Shown here in pieces: positions 1 to 14,700 of a stretch of DNA of 64,000 nucleotides. Within the stretch, counting starts at the first letter, position 1; each line of letters begins with the position of its first letter. Location: the NCBI RefSeq assembly GCF_964355755.1, contig NC_092673.1:24797648-24861647 (forward strand), written 5' to 3'. Position numbers and translations under genes: made by a program. Below the pieces are notes generated by a model that did not search any database, had not been told where the DNA came from, and worked only from the letters and a program-made list of their open reading frames with translations. The stretch is from Antedon mediterranea. Taxonomy: Eukaryota; Animalia; Echinodermata.

Positions 1-643
1 AACTACTTTGTAATTGTTGATGTATTGATAAACAAACGGAGTCGCTCTTTAAATACCTATTTTTCAGATGTTTGTATTTATTTTAGCAGTGATGTTACGT
101 AACTCCCATAACCCCGTGCGGAAAATCTGCAAAAATAGAGTAAGCTTTAGTTTACTTTTATTAGGCCTAGACTATTTTAAGCAAATTGATTAGTAGCCCT
201 ACTGTCGGGTAATCAATACAAATGTCAGAAAGGGTCGAAACTCAATTACATGCCGCAAGCACCCGTAGGTTTAATCATCTTTTTATCTTGTTCTAATCAA
301 ACATTGTGTGTTTTGTAAATGATTTGTGTGTAAAGACAACGTTAATTACACAATACTCGAAAAAGTCGTGACAATACATAATAAGTCAATTAATCGCATT
401 CGAGTTGCTTTTACATTGTCATTATTAACTTTGTTTGGCCGACTTTGCGCGTCATATTGTCATTATTAACTTTGTTTGTCTGACGTCATTCACTCGTGTA
501 TTTTTTACATTGTGCACCGTCGTACCTGACCTACACAAATTGAATCGTATTCTTTTCATTGGGCCAAATAAAGGTGATTAATAGTTGATTGTTCCCTCCC
601 TCCCTTGAATTTGGCGCCGGATCAATTTTTGATTTAAAATAAA

Positions 644-873
644 ATTGTATTGAATACAAATAAAATAAACACGGACAAGGGGTTAATTCTCGTGAATTCT
701 ATGGTGTAAACCAAAAGTTCAAAGGTTCGAATCTCTCAATAGTTGTAATTTTTATTAATTTGAAACAAATTTGTATTGAATACAAATAAAATCACCTTAA
801 ATAACACGGGTTTAATTCTCTGAAATTATATGGTGTTTTTGTAAACCACAAAGTTCAAAGGTTCGAATCTCTG
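644..873. repeat. Degenerate tandem duplication (~125 bp unit)
   Basis: TTGTATTGAATACAAATAAAAT...AAAGTTCAAAGGTTCGAATCTCT occurs twice (from ~645 and ~771). Confidence 0.7.
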
Positions 874-1589
874 AAAAGTGTGATTTTGCGTTAGTAATTA
901 ACGTGAACTAGAAGCCGACTTTTTGGTTTAAAGCACTTGCTTTCCCTTTCTGAAGATAACACTTTATGTGAAAGAAAATTACGATAGACCTGTTAAGCGA
1001 GTTGTTATAGCATTTTGTGTGTTTTGTTTTCTTTTAACATTACGTAAAAATGTACTGCATGGCTTTTTATTCAACAGTATGTAATAAATGTAATAAAAAT
1101 ATACATTATTTTCAAATTAGCTATTCCATTTTCCAAGATATAGCTTCACTAATAGATAATAATATTGTTTACCGAGAATTATATGCTGAATGTTTGAGCA
1201 TTAAATACTGCTTAATAAAACCTATCATCTTACATACCATATACACTGTTATTACCGTTTATCGATAATATCAATATAAACTAACAATTTCAGTGGAATA
1301 TTGATTGAACCATAATGTTATGAGTATGAATATTAATTTAATGTACTGTAGAGTGATTTATGAGAAATGAGATAATACCGTACGATAACAGTTAAGTAGC
1401 GTTAGATTTGTATAACAGATAGAAAGAAAGGGACCCCGACGGAACCAACGAGTGTCCCCACATGCTCGTTCGTTTCTTCGGAAAGTAATTCAAATATGTT
1501 AATGGGTGTCCCAAAGGAGGGATTGTACTGTAACTGTAATATGGTTGGTCTTGGTTTCTGCACAGCAAAATTTGAAATTCTAAGCAAGA

Positions 1590-3112
1590 AAAAAAAATCT
1601 TGTTTTAAGAAAAAATTCTTAAAATAAGTATTTTTTTTCTTGTCAAGATTTAAAATTACTTAAAACAAGAAATAATTTTCTAGAAAAGACACATTTTCTT
1701 AAATTAAGTTTTGCAATATTCTTGAAAATGCTTATTACAAGAAATATTTTACTTAAAATAAGAAGTCAATATCATTCTCTTCTTATTAAGAATAGTTTTG
1801 CTTAAAACAAGATTTGAAAATACTTAATTTGAAAAGTATTTTACTTAAAATAAGAAATCTATATTATATTTATCCCTATCAAGAATAATTTTTCTTAAAT
1901 CAAGATTGATGAATTATAAAAATTACTTAAAACAATCAATATTTTTCTAGGTAAGACAAAGTTTCTTAAATTAGGTTTTGCAATAGTCTTGAAAATACTT
2001 GTTTTGAGAAATATTTTACTTAAAATAAGAAGTCAATTTCACACTACCCTTATCAAGATTATTTTTACTTGAATCAAGATTCGCAATATTCTTGAAAATG
2101 CTTATTACAAGAAATATTTTACTTAAAATAAGAAGTCAATATCATTCTCTTCTTATTAAGAATAGTTTTGCTTAAAACAAGATTTGAAAATACATAATTT
2201 GAAAAGTATTTTACTTAAAATAAGAAATCAATATTATATTTATCCCTATCAAGAATAATTTTTCTTAAATCAAGATTGATGAATTCTAAAAATTACTTAA
2301 AACAATAAATATTTTTCTAGGTAAGACAAAGTTTCTTAAATTAGGTTTCGCAATATTCTTAAAAATACTTATTTTGAGAAATGTTTTACTTAAAATAAGA
2401 AGTCAATATCATACTATCTTATCAAGACTATTTTTGCTTAAATTGAGATTCGCAATATTTTTAAAAATACTTATTTTGAGAAATGTTTTACTTAAAATAA
2501 GAAGTCAATATCATACTATCTTATCAAGACTATTTTTACTTGAATCAAGATTCGCAATATTCTTAAAAATACTTATTTCGAGAAATGTTTTACTTAAAAT
2601 AAGAAGTCAATATCATACTATCTTATCAAGACTATTTTTGCTTAAATTGAGATTCACAATATTTTAAAAAATACTTATTTTGAAAAATGTTTTACTTAAA
2701 ATAAGAAGTCAATATCATACTATCCTATCAAGACTATTTTTGCTTGAATTCAGATTCGCAATATTCTGATTTTGAGAAATGTTTTACTTAAAATAAGAAG
2801 TCAATATCATACTATCTTATCAAGACTATTTTTACTTGAATCAAGATTCGCAATATTCTTTAAAATACTTATTTTGAGAAATGTTTTACTTAAAATAAGA
2901 AGTCAATATCATACTATCTTATCAAGACTATTTTTGCTTAAATTGAGATTCGCAATATTTTTAAAAATACTTATTTTGAGAAATGTTTTACTTAAGATAA
3001 GAAGTCAATATCATACTATATCCTATCAAGACTATTTTTGCTTGAATTGAAGTCAATTCTATTTTAATATTCTTAAAAATACTTATTTTGAGAAATGTTT
3101 TACTTAAAATAG
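1590..3112. repeat. Left subterminal array of the EnSpm element (102-bp unit; ~370-bp larger unit near the end)
   Basis: TCGCAATATT recurs at 2348, 2450, 2552; spurious ORFs show a 34-aa period; block starting 1713 repeats at 2083. Confidence 0.92.
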
Positions 3113-3119
3113 ATTGTCA

Positions 3120-3965
3120 ATATCCTTATATTCACACAACGGTAGAGCAGTTAGCACTTCAGTTTCAACTGATGAAAGAATCTGGGTAATCAAACTGTTT
3201 GTGCTTTGAATAATCGATTGCACTGCAACCACCTAAAGAAAATAATATTGATTTAATATTTTTTATATTCAAGTTTTAATATGTTTAAAAACTAAGTTGT
3301 GCTTTAGTTGGGGAGCTATGCAGCCTAACAAAAAAAATGTTATTTGTATACAATGAAATTGGTCACAAAAAAATGCAACATAAACTTAGAGTGTATAATG
3401 CCTAGGCCTAGGCCTAGTACCCAAGTCCTATAGTTACTATAGCTAATAGTCCTGTATATAACAGTACCAGCAAGGCCTAGGAAATAGACGTATTTCTCTA
3501 ATAAAAAATAGTTTAAAATGCATAATTGTTGTAATTTTAAAGCAAAATGGCTTACCTGTGGAATCTTGTTTCTCTCCTTTAATTTTAGTAGAAAGAAATC
3601 AGCATTTTTTATACTATTATCTGCTTGTTCATCCTCTAGTTAGTAGGCCTTCTTGCTGAGCATCAGCAAGATAATTAATATTAAACAATCATTAACAGTA
3701 TAACAATACTAGAATTATCACTACTACTATCGTCAGTTGATAAATCATCCCCGTTATAATAGTTTTTTTCTTCATTAACTTCGTCAGTCTCCTAGTCTAG
3801 GAGGCCTAGTTCTACTTCATCCTCAATTGGCATCCTCGTTTTCTCCAGGCATACTTATTACTGATGTTTCCATCGTCAACTGCAGGAGGTTGCCGATTGT
3901 TATACTCGTCCTTAAAATGGCGTCTTATGACATGCTTGTAAAACGAATTGTAAATTCCAAAGCTT
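3120..3965 (-). pseudogene. EnSpm transposase remnant, 3' part (exon 3965-3556, intron 3555-3233, exon 3232-~3120), truncated before any catalytic domain
   Basis: Minus-strand translation SFGIYNSFYKHVIRRH, then an acidic linker with frameshifts, then NADFFLLKLKERNKIPQ|gtaag ... tttag|VVAVQSIIQSTNSLITQIL (in-frame phase-0 intron). Resembles the N-terminal region of animal EnSpm transposases as I recall them. Confidence 0.72.
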
Positions 3966-4125
3966 ACCGGCGTGAAGTTGGTTACTTATTCCTTATTCGA
4001 TATTCAATTTTTTTTGTGAAGTTGGATCCTTATTCGACATTCACATTCACATGTATGGGGCGCAATATGTGTAATATTTTAATTAAATGATTTTATACTT
4101 ACGGCTTAGATTAACTAGGGCTATG

Positions 4126-7100
4126 ATTTATAGGGCTATAACTTCGTTATAAACGGCATGGACCGGGATGACGATACATGGGTTCGGGCTAGTAGGGTCC
4201 AGTCGTTTCAGAAAAATACCACTTGCCCCGGTCCATGCCGTCTAGCTGTCATTTTACGCCATTTTAAAACCTTACTACAATTTAACGTTTTTTAAAATAA
4301 AAAATGCAATATAACCGGATGATTTATAGGGCTATAATTACGTGATAAACGGCATGGACCGGGATGACGATACATGGGTTGGGGCTAGTAGGGTCCTGTC
4401 GTTTCAGAAAAATACCACTTGCCTCGGTCCATGCCGTCTAGCTGTCATTTTACGCCATTTTAAACGTTACTACAATTTAACGTTTTTTTAAATAAAAAAT
4501 TCAATATAACAGGATGATATATAGGGCTATAATTACGTTATAAACGGCATGGACCGGAATGACGATACATGGGTTGGGGCGAGTAGGGTCCAGTCATTTC
4601 AGAAAAATACAACTTGCCCCGGTCCATGCCGTCTAGCTGTCATTTTACGCCATTTTAAAACGTTACCCGTCCTACAATTTAATTTTTTAAAATAAAAAAT
4701 GCAATGTAACCGAATGATTTATAGGGCTATAAATACGTTATAAACGGCATGGACCGGGATGACGATACATGGGTTGGGGCTAGTAGGGTCCAGTTATTTC
4801 AGAAAAATGCCTCTTACCCCGGTCCATGCCGTCTAGCTGCCATTTCACGCCATTTTAAAACCTTACTACAATTTCACGTTTTTATAAAAATTGCAATATA
4901 ACCGGATGAAATATAGGGCTATAATTACGTTATAAACGGCATGGACCGGGATGACGATACATGGGTTGGGGCGAGTAGGGTCCAGTTATTTCAGAAAAAT
5001 ACCTCTTACCCCGGTCCATGCCGTCTAGCTGTCATTTTACGCCATTTTAAAACGTTACTACAATTTAAGGTTTTCATAAAAAATGCAATGTAAACGTATG
5101 ATTTATAGGGCTATAATTACGTTATAAACGGCATGGACCGGGATGACGATACATGGGATGGGGCGAGTAAGGTCCAGTCATTTCAGAAAAATACCTCTTA
5201 CCCCGGTCCATGCCGTCTAGCTGTCATTTTACGCCATTTTAAAACGTTACTACAATTTAAGGTTTTCATAAAAAATGCAATGTAAACGTATGATGTATAG
5301 GGCTATAATTACGTTATAAACGGCATGGACCGGGATGACGATACATGGGTTGGGGCAAGTAGGGTCCAGTCAATTCAGAAAAATACCACTTGCCCCGGTC
5401 CATGCCGTCTAGCTATCATTTTACGCCATTTTAAAACGTTACTACAATTTAACGTTTTTTTTATATAAAAAATGCAATATAACCGAATGATTTATAGGGC
5501 TATAATTACGTTATAAACGGCATGGACCGGGATGACGCTACATCGGTTGGGGCAAGTAGGGTCCAGTCAATTAAGAAAAATACCACTTGCCTCGGTCCAT
5601 GCCGTCTAGCTATCATTTTACGCCATTTCAAAACGTTACTACAATTTAACGTTTTTTAAAATAAAAAATGCAATATAACAGGATGATATATAGGGCTATA
5701 ATGACGTTATAAACGGCATGGACCGGGATAACGATACATGGGTTGGGGCGAGTAGGGTCCATTCATTTCAGAAAAATACCACTTGCCCCGGTCCATGCCG
5801 TCTAGCTGTCATTTTAAGCCATTTTAAAACGTTACTGTTACTACAATTTAATTTTTTTAAATACAAAATGCAATATAACCGAATGATTTATAGGGCTATA
5901 ATTACGTTATAAACGGCATGGACCGGGATGACGATACATGGGTTGGGGCTAGTAGGGTCCAGTAGTTTCAGAAAAATACCACTTTACCCGGTCCATGCCG
6001 TCTAGCTGCCATTTCACGCCATTTTAAAACCTTACTACAATTTAACGTTTTTATAAAAAAATGCAATATAACCTAATGAAATATAGGGCTATAATTACGT
6101 TATAAACGGCATGGACCGGGATGACGATACATGGGTTGGGGCGAGTAGGGTCCAGTCATTTAAGAAAAATACCTCTTACCCCGGTCCATGCCGTCTAGCT
6201 GTCATTATACGCCATTTTAAAACGTTACTACAATTTAAGGTTTTCATAAAAAATGCAATGTAAACATATGATTTATAGGGCTATAATTACGTTATAAACG
6301 GCATGGACCGGGATGACGATACATGGGTTGGGGCAAGTAGGGTCCAGTCAATTCAGAAAAATACCACTTGCCCCGGTCCATGCCGTCTAGCTATCATTTT
6401 ACGCCATTTTAAAACGTTACTACAATTTAACGTTTTTTTAAATAAAAAATGCAATATAACCGAATGGTTTATAGGGCTATAATTACGTTATAAACGGCAT
6501 GGACCGGGATGACGATACATCGGTTGGGGCAAGTAGGGTCCAGTCAATTCAGGAAATACCACTTGCCCCGGTCCATGCCGTCTAGCTATCATTTTACGCC
6601 ATTTCAAAACGTTACTACAATTTAACGTTTTTTTAAATAAAAAATGCAATATAACAGGATGATATATAGGGCTATAATTACGTTATAAACGGCATGGACC
6701 GGGATAACGATACATGGGTTGGGGCGAATAGGGTCCATTCATTTCAGAAAAATACCACTTGCCCCGGTCCATGCCGTCTAGCTGTCATTTTAAGCCATTT
6801 TAAAACGTTACTGTTACTACAATTTAACGTTTTTTTAAATAAAAAATGCAATATAACCGAATGGTTTATAGGGCTATAATTACGTTATAAACGGCATGGA
6901 CCAGACTGACGATACATGGGTTGGGGCTAGTAGGGTCCAGTTGTTTCAGAAAAATACCACTTGACCCGGTTCATGCCGTCTAGCGGCCATTTCACGCCAT
7001 TTTAAAACGTTACTACAATTTAACTTTTTTTATAAAAAATGCAACATAACCGGATAATATATAGGGCTATAATTACGTTATAAACGGCATGGACCGGGAT

Positions 7101-10100
7101 GACGATACATGGGTTGGTGCGAGTAGGGTCCAGTCATTATAGAAAAGTACCACTTGCCCCGGTCCATGCCGTCTAGCTGTCATTTTACGCCATTTTAAAA
7201 GGTTACTACAATTTAAGGTTTTTAAAAATAAAAAATGCACTATAAACGTATGATTTATAGGGCTATAATTACGTTATAAACGGCATGGACCGGGATGAAG
7301 ATGCATGGGTTGGGACGAGTAGGGTCTAGTCATTTCGGAAAAATACCACTTGCCCCGGTCCATGCCGTTTAGCTGTCATTTTACTCCATTTTAAAACGTT
7401 ACTACAATTTAACGTTTTAAAAATAAAAAATGCAATATAAACGTATGATATAATAGGGCTATAATTACGTTATAAACGGCATGGACCGGGATGACGATAC
7501 ATGGGTTGGGGCGAGTAGGGTCCAGTCATTTAAGAAAAATACATCTTACCCCGGTCCATGCCGTCTAGCTGTCATTTTACGCCATTTTAAAACGTGACTA
7601 CAATTTAAGGTTTTCATAAAAAATGCAATATAAACGTATGATTTATAGGGCTATAATTACGTTATAAACGGCATGGACCGGGAAGACGATACACGGGGTT
7701 GGGGCAAGTAGGGTCCAGTCAATTCAGAAAAATACCACTTGCCCCGGTCCATGCCGTCTAGCTATCATTTTACGCAATTTTAAAACATTAATACAATTTA
7801 ACGTCTTTTTTTATAAAAAATGCAATATAACCGAATAATTTATAGGGCTATAATTACGTTATAAACGGCATGGACCGGGATAACGATACATCGATTGGGG
7901 CTAGTAGGGTCCAGTCGTTTCAGAAATATACCACTTGTCCCTGTCCATGCCGTCTAGCTGCCATTTTACGCCATTTTAAAACGTTACCACAATTTAAGTT
8001 TTTTTTAAATAAAAAATGCAATATAACCGTATGATTTATAGGGCTATAATTACGTTATAAACGGCATGGACCGGGATGACCATACATGGGTTGGGGCTAG
8101 TAGGGTCCTGTCGTTTCAGAAAAATACCACTTGCCCCGGTCCATGCCGTCTAGCTGCCATTTTACGCCATTTCAAAACGTTACCGGTACTACAATTTAAT
8201 TTTTTTTTAAATACAAAATGCAATATAACCGAATGATTATAGGGCTATAATTACGTTATAAACGGCATAGACCGGGATGACGATACATGGGTTGAGGCTA
8301 GTAGGGTCCAGTAGTTTCAGAAAAATACCACTTGACCCGGTCCATGCCGTTTAGCTGCCATTTCACGCCATTTTAAAACCTTACTACAATTTAAACGTTT
8401 TTATAAAAAATGCAATATAACCTGATGAAATATAGGGCTATAATTACGTTATAAACGGCATGGACCGGGATGACGATACATGGGTTGGGGCGAGTAGGGT
8501 CCAGTCATTTAAGAAAAATACCTCTTACCCCGGTCCATGCCGTCTAGCTGTCATTTTACGCCATTTTAAAACGTTACTACAATTTAAGGTTTTCATAAAA
8601 AATGCAATGTAAACATATGATTTATAGGGCTATAATTACGTTATAAACGGCATGGACCGGGATGACGATACATGGGTTGGGGCAAGTAGGGTCCAGTCAA
8701 TTCAGAAAAATACCACTTGCCCCGGTCCATGCCGTCTAGCTATCATTTTACGCCATTTTAAAACGTTACTACAATTTAACGTGTTTTTTTTATAAAAAAT
8801 GCCATATAACCGAATGATTTATAGGTCTATAATTACGTTATAAACGGCATGGACCGGGATGACGATACATGGGTTGGGGCAAGTAGGGTCCAGTCAATTC
8901 AGAAAAATACCACTTGCCCCGGTCCATGCCGTCTAGCTATCATTTTACGCCATTTTAAAACGTTACTACAATTTAACGTTTTTTTTTATAAAAAATGCAA
9001 TATAACCGAATGATTTATAGGTCTATAATTACGTTATAAACGGCATGGACCGAGATGACGATACATGGGTTGGTGCGATTAGGATCCAGTCATTATAAAA
9101 AAGTACCACTTGCCCCGGTCCATACCGTCTAGCTGCCATTTTACGCCATTTTAAAATGTTACTACAATTTAAGTTTTTTTTTTATAAAAAATGCAATATA
9201 ACCGGAAGATATATAGGGCTATAATTACGTTATAAACGGCATGGACCGGGATGACGATACATGGGTTGGGGCTAGTAGGTTCCTGTCGTTTCAGAAAAAT
9301 ACAACTTGCCCCGGTCCATGCCGTCTAGCTGCCATTTTACGCCATTTTAAAACGTTACTACAATTTAAGTTTTTTTTAAATGAAAAATAGAATATAACCG
9401 GATGACATATAGGGCTATAATTACGTTATAAACGGCATGGACCGGGATGACGATACATGGGTTGGGGCGAGTAGGCTCCAGTCATTTCAGAAAAATACCA
9501 CTTGCCCCGGTCCATGCCGTCTAGCTATCATTTAACGCCATTATAAAACGTTACTAAAATTTAACGTTTTTTTTATAAAAAATGCAATATAACCGATTGA
9601 TTTATAGGGCTATAATTATTTTTTATACGGCATGGACCGGGATGACGATACATGGGTTGGGGCGAGTAGGGTCCAGTCATTGCATAACAATACCACTTTT
9701 CCCGGTCCATGCCGTCTAGCTGTCGTTTTACGCCATTTTAAAACGTTACCGGTACTACAATTTAATTTTTTAAAATAAAAAATGCAATATAACCGAATGA
9801 TTTATAAGGCTATAATTAAGTTATAAACGGCATGGACTGGGATGACGATACATGGGTTGGGGCTAGTAGGGTCCAGTAGTTTCAGAAAAATACCTCTTAC
9901 CCCGGTCCATGCAGTCTAGCTGTCATTTTACGCCATTTTAAAACCTTACTACAATTTAACGTTTTTATAAAAAATGCAATATAACCGGATGATATAATTA
10001 TAGGGCTATAATTACGTTATAGACGGCATGGACCGGGATGACGATACATGGGTTGGGACGAGTAGGGTCCAGTCATTTCAAAAAAATACCTCTTACCCCG

Positions 10101-11765
10101 GTCCATGCAGTCTAGCTGTCATTTTACGCCATTTTAAAACGTTACTACAATTTAACGATTTTTAAATTAAAAAATGCAATATAAACATATGATTTACAGG
10201 GCTATAATTACGTTATAAACGGCATGGACAGGGATGACGATACCTGGGTTGGGGCAAGTAGGGTCCAGTCAATTCAGAAAAATACCACTTGCCCCGGTCC
10301 ATGCCGTCTAGCTATCATTTTACGCCATTTTAAAACGTTACTACAATTTAACGTTTTTTAAAATAAAAAATGCAACATAACCGGATGATATATAGGGCTA
10401 TAATTACGTTATAAACGGCATGGACCAGGATGACGATACATGGGTTGGTGCGAGTAGGGTCCAGTCATTATAGAAAAGTACCACTTGCCCCGGTCCATGC
10501 CGTCTAGCTTTCATTTTACGCCATTTTAAAAGGTTACTACAATTTAAGGTTTTTAAAAATAAAAAATGCACTAAAAACGTATGATTTATAGGGCTATAAT
10601 TACGTTATAAACGGCATGGACCGGGATGACGATGCATGGGTTGGGACGAGTAGGGTCTAGTAATTTCGGAAAAATACCACTTGCCCCGGTCCATGCCGTT
10701 TAGCTGTCATTTTACTCCATTTTAAAACGTTACTACAATTTAACGTTTTAAAAATAAAAAATGCAATATAAACGCATGATATAATAGGGCTATAATTACG
10801 TTATAAACGGCATGGACCGGGATGACGATACATGGGTTGGGGCAAGTAGGGTTCAGTCATTTAAGAAAAATACATCTTACCCCGGTCCATGCCGTCTAGC
10901 TGTCATTTTACGCCATTTTAAAACGTGACTACAATTTAAGGTTTTCATAAAAAATGCAATATAAACGTATGATTTATAGGGCTATAATTACGTTATAAAC
11001 GGCATGGACCGGGAAGACGATACACGGGGTTGGGGCAAGTAGGGTCCAGTCAATTCAGAAAAATACCACTTGCCCCGGTCCATGCCGTCTAGCTGCCATT
11101 TTACGCAATTTTAAAACATTAATACAATTTAACGTCTTTTTTTATAAAAAGTGCAATATAACCGAATGATTTATAGGGCTATAATTACGTTATAAACGGC
11201 ATGGACCGGGATAACGATACATGGATTGGGGCTAGTAGGGTCCAGTCGTTTCAGAAAAATACCACTTGCCCCGGTCCATGCCGTCTAGCTGCGATTTTAC
11301 GACATTTTAAAACGTTACTACAATTTAACGTTTTTATAAAAAATGCAATATAAACGGATGATATATAGGGCTATAATTACGTTATAAACGGCATGGACCG
11401 GGATGACGATACATGGGTTGGGGCGAGAAGGGTCCAGTCATTATAGAAAAAGACCACTTGCCCCTGTCCATACCGTCTAGCTGCCATTATACGACATTTT
11501 AAAACGTTACTACAATTTAAGTTTTTTTAAATAAAAAATGCAATATAACCAAATGATTTATAGGGATATAATTACGTTATAAACGGCATGGACCGGGATG
11601 ACGATACATGGGTTGGGGCGAGTAGGGTCCAGTCATTTCAGAAAAATTCCACTTGCCCCGGTCCATGCCGTCTAGCTGTCAATTTACGCCATTTTAAAAC
11701 GTTACTACAATTTAAGGTTTTCATAAAAAATGCAATGTAAACGTATGATTTATAGGGCTATAATT
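4126..11765 (+). repeat. Left arm tandem array, ~39 copies of a ~195-bp monomer
   Basis: AAACGGCATGGACCGG at 4151, 4347, 4542 and onward; copy number estimated as length/195. Confidence 0.97.
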
Positions 11766-14700
11766 GTAGTAACGTTTTAATATGGCGTAAAATGATAGCT
11801 AGACGGCATGGACCGGGGCATGTGGTATTTTTCTGAATTGACTGGACCCTACTTGCCCCAACCCATGTATCGTCATCCCGGTCCATGCCGTTTATAACGT
11901 AATTATAGCCCTATATATCATCCGGTTATATTGCATTTTTTATAAAAACGTTAAATTGTAGTAAGGTTTTAAAATGGCGTGAAATGGCAGCCAGACGGCA
12001 TGGACCGGGGCAAGTGGTATATTTCTGAAACGACTGGACCCTACTAGCCCCAACCCATGTATCGTCATCCCGGTCCATGCCGTTTATAACGTAATTATAC
12101 CCCTATAAATCATTCGGTTATATTGCATTTTGTATTTAAAAAAATTAAATTGTAGTACCGGTAACGTTTTAAAATGGCTTAAAATGACAGCTAGACGGCA
12201 TGAACCGGAGCAAGTGGTATTTTTCTGAAATGACTGGACCCTACTCGCCCCAACCCATGTATCGTCATCCCGGTCCATGCCGTTTATAACGTAATTATAG
12301 CCCTATATATCATCCGGTTATATTGCATTTTTTATAAAAAAAAAAAAAAATTAAATTGTAGTAACGTTAAAAATGGCGTAAAATGATAGCTAGACGACAT
12401 GGACCGGGGCAAGTGGTATTTTTCTGAATTGACTGGACCCTACTTGCCCAACCCATGTATCGTCATCCCGGTCCATGCCGTTTATAACGTAATTATAGCC
12501 TATACATCATACGTTTACATTGCATTTTTATGAAAACCTTAAATTGTAGTAACGTTTTAAAATGGCGTAAAATGACAGCTAGACGGCATGGACCGGGGTA
12601 AGAGGTATATTTCTGAAATGACTGGACCCTACTGGCCCCAACCTATGTATCGTTATCCTGGTCCATGCCGTTTATAACGTAATTTTAGCCCTATAAATCA
12701 TACGTTTACATTGCATTTTTTATGAAAACGTTAATTTGTAGTAACGTTTTAAAATGGCGTAAAATGACAGCTAGATGGCATGGACCGGGGTAAGAGGTAT
12801 TTTTCTTAAATGACTGGACCCTACTCGCCCCAACCCATGTATCGTCATCCCGGTCCATGCCGTTTATAACGTAATTATAGCCCTATATTTCATCCGGTTA
12901 TATTGCATTTTTTATAAAAACGTTAAATTGTAGTAAGGTTTTAAAATGGCGTGAAATGGCAGCTAGACGGCCTGGACCGGGTCAAGTGGTATTTTTCTGA
13001 AACTACTGGACCCTACTAGCCCCAACCAATGTATCGTCATCCCGGTCCATGCCGTTTATAACGTAATTATAGCCCTATACATCATACGTTTACATTGCAT
13101 TTTTTATGAAAACCTTAAATTGTAGTAACGTTTTAAAATGGCGTAAAATGACAGCTAGACGGCATGGACCGGGGCAAGTCGTATTTTTCTGAAATGACTG
13201 GACCCTACTCGCCCAAACCCATGTATCGTCATCCCGGTCCATGCCGTTTATAACGTAATTATAGCCCTATTATATCATGCGTTTATATTGCATTTTTTAT
13301 TTTAAAAACGTTAAATTGTAGTAACGTTTTAAAATGGCGTAAAATGACAGCTAGACGGCATGGACCGGGGCAAGTGGTATTTTTCTGAATTGACTGGACA
13401 CTACTTGCCCCAACCCATGTATCTTCATCCCGGTCCATGCCGTTTATAACGTAATTATAGCCCTATAAATCATACGTTTACATTGCATTTTTTATGAAAA
13501 CCTTAAATTGTAGTAACGTTTTAAAATGGCGTAAATTGACAGCTAGACGGCATGGACCGGGGCAAGTGGTATTTTTCTGAAATGACTGGACCCTACTCGC
13601 CCCAACCCATGTATCGTCATCCCGGTCCATGCCGTTTATAACGTAATTATATCCCTATAAATCATTTGGTTATATTGCATTTTTTATTTAAAAAAACTTA
13701 AATTGTAGTAACATTTTAAAATGTCGTATAATGACAGCTAGACGGCATGGACCGGGGCAAGTCGTATTTTTCTGAAATGACTGGACCCTACTCGCCCCAA
13801 CCCATGTATCGTCATCCCGGTCCATGCCGTTTATAACGTAATTATAGCCCTATTATATCATGCGTTTATATTGCATTTTTTATTTTAAAAACGTTAAATT
13901 GTAGTAACGTTTTAAAATGGCGTAAAATGACAGCTAGACGGCATGGACTGGGGAAAGTGGTATTTTTCTGAAACGAATGGACCATACTTGCCCCAACCCA
14001 TGTCTCGTCATCCCGGTCCATGCCGTTTATAACGTAATTTTAGCCTTATAAATCATTCGGTTATATTGTATTTTTTATTTAAAAAAACGTAAATTTTAGT
14101 AACGTTTTAAAATGGCGTAAAATGACAGCTAGACGGCATGGACCGGGGCAAGTGGTATTTTTCTGAAATGACTGGACCCTACTCGCCCCAACCCATGTAT
14201 CGTCATCCCGGTCCATGCCGTTTATAACGTAATTATATCCCTATAAATCATTCGGTTATATTGCATTTTTTATTTAAAAAAACTTAAATTGTAGTAACGT
14301 TTTAAAATGTCGTAAAATGACAGCTAGACGGCATGGACCGGGGCAAGTCGTATTTTTCTGAAATGACTGGACCCTACTCGCCCCAACCCATGTATCGTCA
14401 TCCCGGTCCATGCCGTTTATAACGTAATTATAGCCCTATAAATCATTCGGTTATATTGCATTTTTTATTTAAAAAAAACCCGTTAAATTGTAGTAACGTT
14501 TTAAAATGGCGTAAAATGGCAGCTAGACGTCATGGACCGGGGCAAGAAGTATGTTTCTGTAATGACTGGACCCTACTCGCCCCAACCCATGTATCGTCAT
14601 CCCGGTCCATGCCGTTTATAACGTAATTATAGCCCTATATATCATCCGGTTATATTGAATTTTTTATTTAAAAAAACGTAAATTTTAGTAACGTTTTAAA

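Noticed and set aside
2374-3050. Repetitive Leu/Ile-rich ORFs
   Set aside because: By-product of the 102-bp subterminal repeat with TTG starts.
5718-12278. ORFs MDRDNDTWVG... as a peptide family
   Set aside because: Chance open frames in a few monomers; most monomers are frameshifted at poly-T/A tracts.
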